Source: a virus
Lineage: Duplodnaviria; Caudoviricetes
Length of the DNA stretch: 42,306 nucleotides
Strand: one strand, 5' to 3'
Virus record (IMG/VR): IMGVR_UViG_3300020571_000010
Span: 1-42,306 of that record
The notes beneath the pieces were generated by a model. The model did no database searches. It was not told the origin of the DNA and was given only the letters and a program-made list of their open reading frames with translations. Below are positions 8,470-17,255 of the stretch, piece by piece; the stretch's first letter is position 1, and the number at the start of each line of letters is the position of its first letter. A program made the position numbers and the translations under genes.

Positions 8470-11304
8470 GTGACTGACTTTCTCAACTCCGTTCTGCCCA
8501 CTCAGGGCGTGTATTGCACGGTGGGGATACGGGCCGGTGTGGTCAAGCAGTCGTTCCAAGAAACGATTGAAGCGGTCGATGCCGTAGGCGGCACGATGGA
8601 TTCCAGTGGGGTCGATGCGTATTTCGCGCTGGCCTCCTACAAGGATGATTCCGCCCGCACAGTAGACAACGCAGCATTCCTGCGTGCGTTCTTTCTCGAC
8701 CTCGACTGTGGCATGGGGAAGCCCTATGCCGACCAACCCGCAGCGGCGCAAGCGCTGTCCGTATTCATCTCCGACACCGGGCTGCCGAGCCCCATGGTGG
8801 TCAACTCTGGTGGTGGCCTGCATGTGTACTGGCCCCTGACGGCCGATGTGCCCGCTGCCGATTGGGTTCCCCACGCCAAGTCCCTCAAGCGCCTGTGCGC
8901 GCAACACAACCTGCATGCCGACCCCGCAGTCACTGCGGACGCTGCGCGTATCCTGCGCACCCCCGGCACCCACAATTTCAAGGCCGGGCAATCACGCGCG
9001 GTCCAGATCGTTGCACAAGGTCAGCCGACTGATCTTGGCGTGTTCGCGGCCTGCCTGCCCCCGGCTCCGGTGGACTTGTCCGCTGCCAAGCAGTTCGGGA
9101 TGGATGACACCTCCCGCGAGATGTCTAGCGGGGACTTCCCGCCTTGCTCGTTTGCCCGGATCGCATCGCGCAGTCTCAAGGACAAGGGCTGTGCCCAGAT
9201 CAAGCACGCACTGGCGGACGCCGCCGTGCTGGCCGAACCCCTGTGGCGGGGCCTGCTGTCCATTGCGGTGCGGTGCGAAGACGGCCCAACAGCCATCCAC
9301 ACTGCGTCCAAGGCGCACCCCGGCTACACAGCGGCCAACACCGAAGCCAAGGCGGCAGAGACCAAGGGCCCATACACCTGCCAGTGGTACAAGGACAACA
9401 ACGGCGCGCTGTGCAAAGGGTGCACACAAACCGTGTCCACGCCCCTCCTGCTGGGCAAGATCGTGGTGGCTGCCGAAGTCACAGACGATGCCTATGTGGT
9501 CGTGAAGGAGGCCGACGACGAGACCCCGGCAGTGGCCCTCTCAATCCCCGCGTATCCTTACCCGTACTTCCGGGGGACCAACGGCGGCGTGTTCCGCAAG
9601 GACCGGGACAAGGAAGGTGATGAGGTTGAAGTTGAAATCTACCCGGACGACCTATACCTGACAGAACGATTCTTCGACTCCGACGAACACGGCAGTGGCG
9701 ACGGGGAGATGGTGGGCATCAACCTGCACATGCGCAAGGACGGTGTGCGCCGCTTCTTCGCCCCGGTCACGACCTTGTTCTCCACTGAAAAACTGCGCGA
9801 CCTGTTGGTGCGCAACGGCGTCGTCGCCTACGGCAAAAAACTGGAGCAACTCATGGCCTATTTCGCATCTGCAATCCGCAAGCTGCAGTCGCAATACGCA
9901 GCAAACAAGACCCGCAACCAAATGGGCTGGACCCCCGACCTGCTGGGGTTCGTTCTTGGTGAAGTGGAATACACAGCCAACGGCGCGAAGCTGGCTCCAC
10001 CGGCCAGCGGGACAAGGCAGTTGGCCAGCGCCTTCAAGCCCACGGGCACGCTGGCCGAGTGGAAGCGGATCGCCAACTTCTACGACCGCATTGGCCTTGA
10101 GCCGCATGCGCTGGCGCTGTTCCTTGGCTTTGGCTCCCCCCTGCTGCGCCTGATGGACGGCAACGTGGTCAAAGGGGCCATGGTGCACCTCAAGCACAAC
10201 GGGTCCGGCTCAGGCAAGTCCACCGCCCAGATGGTGGCCAACTCGATCTTCGGGCACCCCGATGACCTGCTGATGAAGAAGGAAGACACCTACGCGGCCA
10301 AGATGCACATGCTGGGCATGGTCAACAGCCTGATCTTCACGGTGGACGAGATCACGAACGAAAAAGCAGAGGTCCTGTCCGATATGGCCTACGGGTTCAC
10401 ATCGGGGCGGGGCAAGCACCGCATGGAGTCGCAGACCAACAAGATGCGGACCAACAACACAACGTGGTGCAACTTCACGCTGACCTCGGGCAATGCATCT
10501 GTGACGGACGTGCTGCAGCAGTACAAGAGCACCGCTGACGGCGAGCTGCGCCGCGTGCTGGAAATCTCAGTGCCCACATACACCGGGGCCTCGAAGCAAG
10601 AGATCGATGCCGTGTTCAGCAAGCTCAACACCAACTTCGGCGTCGCCGGGCCAATCTACATCGACCACGTTCTGCGCAACTCCGACGAAGTGCGCCGCCT
10701 GCTGACAACGATGCAGGCCAAGATCGACAAGGAACTGGGCTTGGACCAGACCGACCGGTTCTATTCATCGATCATGACCTGTGCCTTTGTGGGCGCGCTT
10801 GTCGCCAAGCGCCTTGGCCTGCACGACCTCGACATCCCCAAGGTGTACCGGTACGCAGTGGCTCTCGTGCGGGACAGCAAGCAGTCCACCAAGGCCGACG
10901 TAGGCGACTCGATGACAACGGCGCAGGAGACACTGGCAGCGTTCGTCAACGAGAACGTGAACAACGCGCTGGTGGCACCATTTACCCCACGCGGCAGCCT
11001 GCCGGAGCGCCCAGCCGTATCCCCCAAGGGCCCGCTGCGCATGCGGTACGACCCCAACTCCCGGGAGCTGTCCATATCGGTGGCGGAGTTCCGCAAGTTC
11101 TTCTCCCTGCGGCAAGTGGACGTGCGCGACAGTGTGGCCAAGCTCACAGCAGCCAAGTTCCTCAAGAACAACGGCTTGTCGGTGCCAGTGCGAATCGGCG
11201 CTGGCGCGGTGGGTGGCCTGAGCGGTATTGCCGTGCGGTGCTATGTGTTTGATGGAGACGCCATCGGTGTCGACGAAACCGCCTTCCCCTCTCCCGACGC
11301 CTGA
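8470..11304 (+). CDS. primase-helicase (RepB/AEP-type primase, Cys-rich domain, DUF927, P-loop)
   Basis: FLDLD, SGGGLHVYW, RILRTPGT.N; NQMGW; Walker A GSGSGKST; Walker B FTVDE; GTG after GAGG. Confidence 0.9.
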   Translation: MTDFLNSVLPTQGVYCTVGIRAGVVKQSFQETIEAVDAVGGTMDSSGVDAYFALASYKDDSARTVDNAAFLRAFFLDLDCGMGKPYADQPAAAQALSVFISDTGLPSPMVVNSGGGLHVYWPLTADVPAADWVPHAKSLKRLCAQHNLHADPAVTADAARILRTPGTHNFKAGQSRAVQIVAQGQPTDLGVFAACLPPAPVDLSAAKQFGMDDTSREMSSGDFPPCSFARIASRSLKDKGCAQIKHALADAAVLAEPLWRGLLSIAVRCEDGPTAIHTASKAHPGYTAANTEAKAAETKGPYTCQWYKDNNGALCKGCTQTVSTPLLLGKIVVAAEVTDDAYVVVKEADDETPAVALSIPAYPYPYFRGTNGGVFRKDRDKEGDEVEVEIYPDDLYLTERFFDSDEHGSGDGEMVGINLHMRKDGVRRFFAPVTTLFSTEKLRDLLVRNGVVAYGKKLEQLMAYFASAIRKLQSQYAANKTRNQMGWTPDLLGFVLGEVEYTANGAKLAPPASGTRQLASAFKPTGTLAEWKRIANFYDRIGLEPHALALFLGFGSPLLRLMDGNVVKGAMVHLKHNGSGSGKSTAQMVANSIFGHPDDLLMKKEDTYAAKMHMLGMVNSLIFTVDEITNEKAEVLSDMAYGFTSGRGKHRMESQTNKMRTNNTTWCNFTLTSGNASVTDVLQQYKSTADGELRRVLEISVPTYTGASKQEIDAVFSKLNTNFGVAGPIYIDHVLRNSDEVRRLLTTMQAKIDKELGLDQTDRFYSSIMTCAFVGALVAKRLGLHDLDIPKVYRYAVALVRDSKQSTKADVGDSMTTAQETLAAFVNENVNNALVAPFTPRGSLPERPAVSPKGPLRMRYDPNSRELSISVAEFRKFFSLRQVDVRDSVAKLTAAKFLKNNGLSVPVRIGAGAVGGLSGIAVRCYVFDGDAIGVDETAFPSPDA

Positions 11305-11515
11305 CGTGCAGCAGTTCACCCTGCATGGGGTGGACTACTTCATCCAATGGCACCTGCTCTCAATCGGGGCGTCATTCTTCCTGCCCACCACGGCCACCAA
11401 GGCCCAAGCCGCCCGCGCCCTGCGGCCGTACGCCCGTCATCTGGGTATACAGCTGCAGGTGGGCAACCGCTGCGAGTACGGACGCTACGGCGTCCGCGTG
11501 TGGCGCGTTTACTGA
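11252..11515 (+). CDS. small hypothetical phage protein (start uncertain)
   Basis: W..L.IG.SFF.P...G.RVWR pattern; GC3 codons; last gene of + arm. Confidence 0.6.
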   Translation: METPSVSTKPPSPLPTPDVQQFTLHGVDYFIQWHLLSIGASFFLPTTATKAQAARALRPYARHLGIQLQVGNRCEYGRYGVRVWRVY

Positions 11516-14500
11516 CGGATCGCGGTCTTGGCCTCGCGCACCCAGCCGACCAGCTCGACCTCCATCTGCTTGATTTCCTTGAGCTCGGCTTCGCGCTCTT
11601 CGGCCGACATATCCGCAGCGGCGTCCTTGCCGTTGAGGAACTTGCGGTAGGCCCGGGTGCGCTCAAGCTGCTCCAGCGTTGAGTTGATTGCCGACTCCAT
11701 CATCAGCACGTCTGCGTTCTTCTCTGCGTAATCGACGGCCCGGTCAAGGTCCGTCTTCATCAGCTCGGCCAGCGTGGCGTTGGCGCGGCCAACCTTCTCC
11801 CGCTCGTCGTAGAACTCAGTCATGCGGCGTGTGCCCACGGGGTCGTACAGGTAGTTGCTCAGGAGCGCGTACTTGTGCAGTGGGCGGTCAACTCGCGTTG
11901 GGTTCAGCAGGCTGTCAGTCGTGGCCACCAGCAGCCCGGCAGTCGAGCCGAAGTACCCGCTCAGTGCGTTGTCCACCAAGATGGGCGAGATTTTGTCCAC
12001 ACCCACCACGTCACGGCTGAAGTTGGCAATGGCGATGGCCAGCTCCGACGTGTTCGACGCCCGGCGCATGCTGGGGTCCTGCTGCTTTTGGTAGATGCCT
12101 TCCAGCTCCCGGCCAGTGAAGAACGAGTAGTTGGTCCATGCTTCCAGCAAAGGTTTGGCAGCCTGCGGGATAGGCACCGTGCGGCCGACGTACTGCTCCA
12201 TGATGTAGGCCAGAGCCGTGCGGGTGGCCTCCCATGCAGTCTGCTCCTCTGGGGTGCCTTGGCGGCGCATGTACTCGACGATGCGCTCCGGGATGACCTT
12301 GAACAGCGCACCCAGTTCGGTTGGCACCGGCAGTTTGTAGCCGCCCGGCAGTATCCAGTTGCTGTCCCGGGTGCGCAGGTCCATCTCGTTGTAGTCTTCG
12401 TCGTCATCCCCCTTGCCGAGTGCGTACAGCGTGCTCAGTGTCATGGCGATGGCAGCCCGGCTGTAGAACATGCGACGCGCTTGGGCCCGGCCCACTGAGG
12501 AGCTGGAGTCCTTGCCGGATGCGGCGCGGTACAGCACGTCCATACCTTGGATGTATGCGTTGAAGAACGGGATGGTGGTCACCATGGCACCGACGAAATC
12601 GGAAGCGCCACGGCGGCGGAAGTTGATGAATTCCCGGGCCCGGGTCTGCGCCAGCAGTTGATCGCCTTGCGACTCCTTGATCGTCTGGTCGTAGATGGCC
12701 TTGCGCACGGCCAAGTCAGACGCCCGGGTGATGCCCTCCAGTCGGTGCATGAGGGTCTCGAACTTGCCGCGTGGGCGGTAGCCGATGTCCTTGAGCAGCG
12801 ACACTGCAGGCTTACCCTGCTGGAAGTCGAATTCACCTGTGAGACCCAGAGCCTCCATCTCGCTCACGGTGGGGTGGCGGATACCGCGCAGCTCAGCCAG
12901 TGCAAGCCCGCCGAAGTTGGAGAGCGTCATGCGCAGCAGTGCGCCGGGATTCTTCACACCGGAGGTCATGATGGCCCGCTGCACGTCGTCCGTCACCTGC
13001 TTGAGCGCAAAGGGCGGCAGGATCGTCACCGACTTGCGCAGCACGTTGGACACTTGGCCCAGCACCTGCAGCCACTTGGCCTTGGGTGGGTTGAGTTCTT
13101 GGAAGGCTGCCGCGTCGTAGCTGGACGGCAGGTCCCAGTACATGAGCTCGCCCTTGACGTAGGCCTTGGCCGTGCGGTGCTTGGTGCCGGGCATGCGCGA
13201 CGGCTTGCCGGTGTACCCCAAGTCCTCCAGACTGCGCAGGGTTTGCACTCGGGCATCGTTGGTCATAACTTGGCCAACCATCCAGCCCATGGTGTTGAGG
13301 TAGTTCTCGAACACGTTGCCTACAGGCCGATCAAACGAGCCCTTGAGCTCGGGGTTCTTGGTCAGCATCAATGGCGCACGCCCGGTGGTCCGCTTGACTG
13401 CAGTGAAGCGCTCTGCGAAGTCATCAATGCGGTCGAACGGCACGTAGCCGATCACGGACTTCCACTCGTCGCCCTGCTCCTTGGACAGCCGGCCCACTTT
13501 CACCATCTGGTCGACCAGCGCAATACGGGGCTTGTCCATGGCAGCGTTCATCTCTGCAAACGCTGGGTCTGCGTTGTACTCAGCCACCAGCAGCGCGCGG
13601 TCTGCATCCTTGATGTGTTTGGGGAAGTCGGGGTTGGTCTTTAGCACCTGCTCCAAACGGTAGGCCTCGATGACCCGGCTGGCAAACTGCTCGGCGCGCT
13701 CTTTGCTGCGGCCGGTGCGCTCCCCCCATGCGTAGATCAGCGGGAACACGTCGGTGGGCGCACTGCCATCGGCGGACTTGACCACTTTGTACTGGCCTGT
13801 TTCCTTCTCCTTTTGCAAGGAGCCCTCTTGGAAGTACGCCAGCAGCAGCTTGGAGTAGTCCTGCGCCTGACGGTACAGGCCCATGGGGTTGAGCTTGCCC
13901 AAGCTGTCGCGCACCGCGCCGTTGAAATGCCCGCTGAGCTTGTCCTCAACGGCAGCAGCAGAGTCGGCCACAGCCACGCGGAACTTGACCCCACGGCTTG
14001 GCTCGGCCGCAGCGCGCTCGCTGTCCTGTGCCCCTTTGAACATGCCCAGCACGCCGCGCTTGTCGATCGGTGTCAGATCGCCCATGCTGTCAACCACGTC
14101 TTCTGCGGTGTAGCTCTTGGCAAACTGCTTGCCGGTCTGCTTCTGCGCGCCCTCCATCTCCTCTTTGGTCAGGCCCAACAGGGTGTCGCCTACGCGCAAC
14201 GCTTCGGACAGGGCGGTGTCGGCCTTGGCCGGAATGCCCAGCAAGTCACGTACGTAAGTGACGAACTTGTTCCATGCAGTCTGACCCTTGTAGGGGATAG
14301 TCTCCATGTACTGCTGCATCTCGCGGTTGGTCATGGACCAGACGAGAATCTCGTGCGAATCCGCAAGCGCGTTGTTCATACCGTTGTAATACCGCTGCTC
14401 GAAGTCGGTCAGCTTTGTGCCCGAGGCTGCGCGGTCGTTAAAGTGCTTGACAACAGCGCTTTGGAGCGCGAGGAGCTCGCGCACAGCCGTGCCGACTTTG

Positions 14501-17247
14501 GTGCCTTCAGCAGACTTGTAGCGCCCGACTTCAATAGCGCCCAACGTCGCTGCATGCAGCAGCTCATGCAAAATCACCTCGGGAGTAGTGCCGGATAAGG
14601 TGCCGTTGGACGGATGGTTGAGCGTGATGGTAATGGTTACGGGGCCGCTGCCAGCGGTGCGTTTGCCTCTAAAGTTTGTCGAGCCCAAGGCCCCGATCAA
14701 ACGCCGCCCTTCGTCGGCAACCTTTACGGGGTTGAGCACTACCCCCATGTCTTGCAACTGGCGCAGTTTGACCAGCACCCGCTGCGCAATGACTTTCTGG
14801 TCAGGGTCAGGCAGGTTTTGCGCCGCCCATTGGGCCACGTCCACCATGGGCTTGCCGCTGATCGCTTTGAGCGTAGCTTCGTCCGACGGCGTTGAGGTCT
14901 TGGTGGGGGTTGCAGGTTCGAGTTCCGGCTCCTTGGTGAAGTCCAGCTCCATTTGACGCTTGTCTTTTTTGGCTGCGGCGGGGGCCTCTTCTGCCTCGGC
15001 CTCGGGCTTCTTCCGCTCCGCGTACTCGATCTCTTCCTTCTTGGTCATCGGGAACAGCATGGCCTGCGGGCCTCGCAGGATTTCCTTCTGGCCCTCTTCC
15101 ATGCCGAACTCCGACGTGCCGGTGGGCTCGTACATTTTCTCTGGGATCGGCTTGGACGGCTCAGCTTTCTTGGGTGCCGCAGGCGCAGGCTTGGCAGCGG
15201 CGGGTGTGGGCCGTTGGGCTTTCTCCAGTGCCTCAAGGCGGCGCTTCATGTCCTCAGCCTCGGCCTTGCGGGCGGCTTCCGCATCAGCCGCTTCGGCTTC
15301 TACCGTGGGTGCTGGTGCTGGTGCTGGTGCTGGCTTGGCTGGTGTTACTGCAGCCGGCTCTGTTCCTTGAGCGCCATCTCCCGACACAACAGGCCGTCCA
15401 GCAGATACCAATCCGCGTCCGTCAGGTGCGACAGGTTCTCCGGCGGTAGCGGGTGCTCCGGCTCCGGGTTCAGGAACGATGGGGGCTGCAGGCTCACTAG
15501 GAACTCCCACGCTTGGCTCACCAGCTCGGGGCTCATCTCGCTGCTCAACTGCAGGCGTCGGGGCAGGGGTCGGCTCACTGGGTTTCTCCTTAAACGGCGC
15601 TGGCTGCGGTGCCAGCAGTTCACGCAAAATCTTGGCCCGTTTGCCGGGCCCGTCAACAAGCGTCGGGTCTTTGTCGACCATTGCCTGCACTTCGGCTTGC
15701 GTCTTGCCAACTACGTTCTTTTCGAACCAACCCTTGGTCGTGGACGGCGCGATGCCCGTATCCAACACGTTCTGCAGAGTAAACGGCTGCGCCACCTCAC
15801 CGCCACGCATTGGCAGTTTGTACTGGTACGGCCCACTTCGAGCGTATGTTGGCACAGGGGTCGGCTCGCCGGGCTCTTCGGGTTTTTTGGCCTCGGGGAT
15901 TTTTGGCTCCACGACGCCTTCGCCAAGGTCTTCGCCCGGGAACAACTCACCCTGCGTGCGGGCTTTGACTTCATCCGGCTGGGTCAGCAGATCAGGGGCG
16001 TTGGCCAATGCTGGGAACTTCTTGCGGGTAGCGGCATCTTCGGCGGCTGCAGCGACAGCCAGCTCCTTCTCGGCGCGGATGCTCTCAATGTCACTCTGGG
16101 TGAAGAGCTGCATCTGCCCGGTCAGCTCCGCCACGCGCGCTTTGACCTCTGGGGTCTGGGGCTGCTGGCGCAGGCGCTCGCGCTCCGTAGCCATGTCGGC
16201 GTACTCACGCTGGAAGTCAAGGCCGAGGTCTTGCTGCCCTTCGGGTACGGCCATGGCCGCAGGCGGCTCAGCGGGTTCTGGGGCGCGGACCACAGGCTTA
16301 CCAAACAGGTCCCGGTCTGGCTCGGCGGGGACGGCGCGCTCGTCCGGCGCAAGCAACTCGCCCTGAACGCCCGGGGCGGTAACCAAGGGAAGGCTGGGCG
16401 GGGTTGGTTGGGCTGCGGCTTTTGCTGCGGCGGCTGCATCATCTTCTGCTTTGGCGGCGGCTGCGCCGCGTGCGCGTCGGCCGATGGCCAAGTCCAACAG
16501 ACCCTGCACGATCGCGCCGGTTGCGCCGCCGTAGGCAGCTTGCTCTCCCAACCCGTCAATGAGCGCCTGCTCTGGCTTGTAGACACCCCGGGCGATCATG
16601 TTCTGGGCAAGGCCCGACGCGACTTCCTGCGCGGCTTCTTCACCACCTGCAACAAAGGCACGCTTGACGGCCTCCACCCCTGCAGCTTTGGACGCCGTGG
16701 GGATGCGGGACAGGATACGGATCGGGGCGAACGCCTCCAGTGCGCCGGGGATTACACCCAAGGCCGTGGCAGTGCCGCGTTGGTCTGCGGTAGCGCCTTC
16801 TTGCTCAGCACGCGTGCGGGCTTCTCCGGCTCCGGCACCAACACCCATACCAACGGCAGCCGCGCGCCCCGCCAAACCGAACGGACCGGCAAGGAGAAAC
16901 GGCGCGGTGGAGCCGATGGCCTCACTCAACTTGCGTGGGATGGATTCTTCGTACCCGGGGGCTGCAGCAAACGGCGCTTTGGCGGCAGCGGCCACCGACT
17001 TGATCTTCTCCCGAGCGGATTTCTCCATGTCCTCGGGCAGCAGCGCCGACGCGCCTGTGGCAGCGCTCTCGACCAACCCAACTGCGCCGGGCACGAGGCC
17101 CTTGAACAGTTCCTTGGCCCCACCCAGCATGGTGGTAGGTTGGCTTGAAGCCAGAACCCGTTTGACCGTCGCTTGAATTACGCTAGGGTCGGTGCCGTCA
17201 GGAAACTCAAGGACTCGTCCATCGGCCAGTTCTGCTTCAATCGCCAT
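11509..17247 (-). CDS. giant internal virion/ejection protein, large polyvalent type (zincin HExxH domain, LPD38-like C-terminus)
   Basis: 1912 aa, last late gene; EVILHELLHAAT; C-terminal PFFNA.IQG and PLLEAWTNYSFFTGR; long disordered Pro/Ala/Glu region. Confidence 0.75.
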   Translation of the reverse strand: MAIEAELADGRVLEFPDGTDPSVIQATVKRVLASSQPTTMLGGAKELFKGLVPGAVGLVESAATGASALLPEDMEKSAREKIKSVAAAAKAPFAAAPGYEESIPRKLSEAIGSTAPFLLAGPFGLAGRAAAVGMGVGAGAGEARTRAEQEGATADQRGTATALGVIPGALEAFAPIRILSRIPTASKAAGVEAVKRAFVAGGEEAAQEVASGLAQNMIARGVYKPEQALIDGLGEQAAYGGATGAIVQGLLDLAIGRRARGAAAAKAEDDAAAAAKAAAQPTPPSLPLVTAPGVQGELLAPDERAVPAEPDRDLFGKPVVRAPEPAEPPAAMAVPEGQQDLGLDFQREYADMATERERLRQQPQTPEVKARVAELTGQMQLFTQSDIESIRAEKELAVAAAAEDAATRKKFPALANAPDLLTQPDEVKARTQGELFPGEDLGEGVVEPKIPEAKKPEEPGEPTPVPTYARSGPYQYKLPMRGGEVAQPFTLQNVLDTGIAPSTTKGWFEKNVVGKTQAEVQAMVDKDPTLVDGPGKRAKILRELLAPQPAPFKEKPSEPTPAPTPAVEQRDEPRAGEPSVGVPSEPAAPIVPEPGAGAPATAGEPVAPDGRGLVSAGRPVVSGDGAQGTEPAAVTPAKPAPAPAPAPTVEAEAADAEAARKAEAEDMKRRLEALEKAQRPTPAAAKPAPAAPKKAEPSKPIPEKMYEPTGTSEFGMEEGQKEILRGPQAMLFPMTKKEEIEYAERKKPEAEAEEAPAAAKKDKRQMELDFTKEPELEPATPTKTSTPSDEATLKAISGKPMVDVAQWAAQNLPDPDQKVIAQRVLVKLRQLQDMGVVLNPVKVADEGRRLIGALGSTNFRGKRTAGSGPVTITITLNHPSNGTLSGTTPEVILHELLHAATLGAIEVGRYKSAEGTKVGTAVRELLALQSAVVKHFNDRAASGTKLTDFEQRYYNGMNNALADSHEILVWSMTNREMQQYMETIPYKGQTAWNKFVTYVRDLLGIPAKADTALSEALRVGDTLLGLTKEEMEGAQKQTGKQFAKSYTAEDVVDSMGDLTPIDKRGVLGMFKGAQDSERAAAEPSRGVKFRVAVADSAAAVEDKLSGHFNGAVRDSLGKLNPMGLYRQAQDYSKLLLAYFQEGSLQKEKETGQYKVVKSADGSAPTDVFPLIYAWGERTGRSKERAEQFASRVIEAYRLEQVLKTNPDFPKHIKDADRALLVAEYNADPAFAEMNAAMDKPRIALVDQMVKVGRLSKEQGDEWKSVIGYVPFDRIDDFAERFTAVKRTTGRAPLMLTKNPELKGSFDRPVGNVFENYLNTMGWMVGQVMTNDARVQTLRSLEDLGYTGKPSRMPGTKHRTAKAYVKGELMYWDLPSSYDAAAFQELNPPKAKWLQVLGQVSNVLRKSVTILPPFALKQVTDDVQRAIMTSGVKNPGALLRMTLSNFGGLALAELRGIRHPTVSEMEALGLTGEFDFQQGKPAVSLLKDIGYRPRGKFETLMHRLEGITRASDLAVRKAIYDQTIKESQGDQLLAQTRAREFINFRRRGASDFVGAMVTTIPFFNAYIQGMDVLYRAASGKDSSSSVGRAQARRMFYSRAAIAMTLSTLYALGKGDDDEDYNEMDLRTRDSNWILPGGYKLPVPTELGALFKVIPERIVEYMRRQGTPEEQTAWEATRTALAYIMEQYVGRTVPIPQAAKPLLEAWTNYSFFTGRELEGIYQKQQDPSMRRASNTSELAIAIANFSRDVVGVDKISPILVDNALSGYFGSTAGLLVATTDSLLNPTRVDRPLHKYALLSNYLYDPVGTRRMTEFYDEREKVGRANATLAELMKTDLDRAVDYAEKNADVLMMESAINSTLEQLERTRAYRKFLNGKDAAADMSAEEREAELKEIKQMEVELVGWVREAKTAIRQ

Positions 17248-17255
17248 ACGCTACC

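Noticed and set aside
15305-15335. (GGTGCT)n repeat
   Set aside because: Encodes an in-frame PAPAPA linker; no sign of phase variation.
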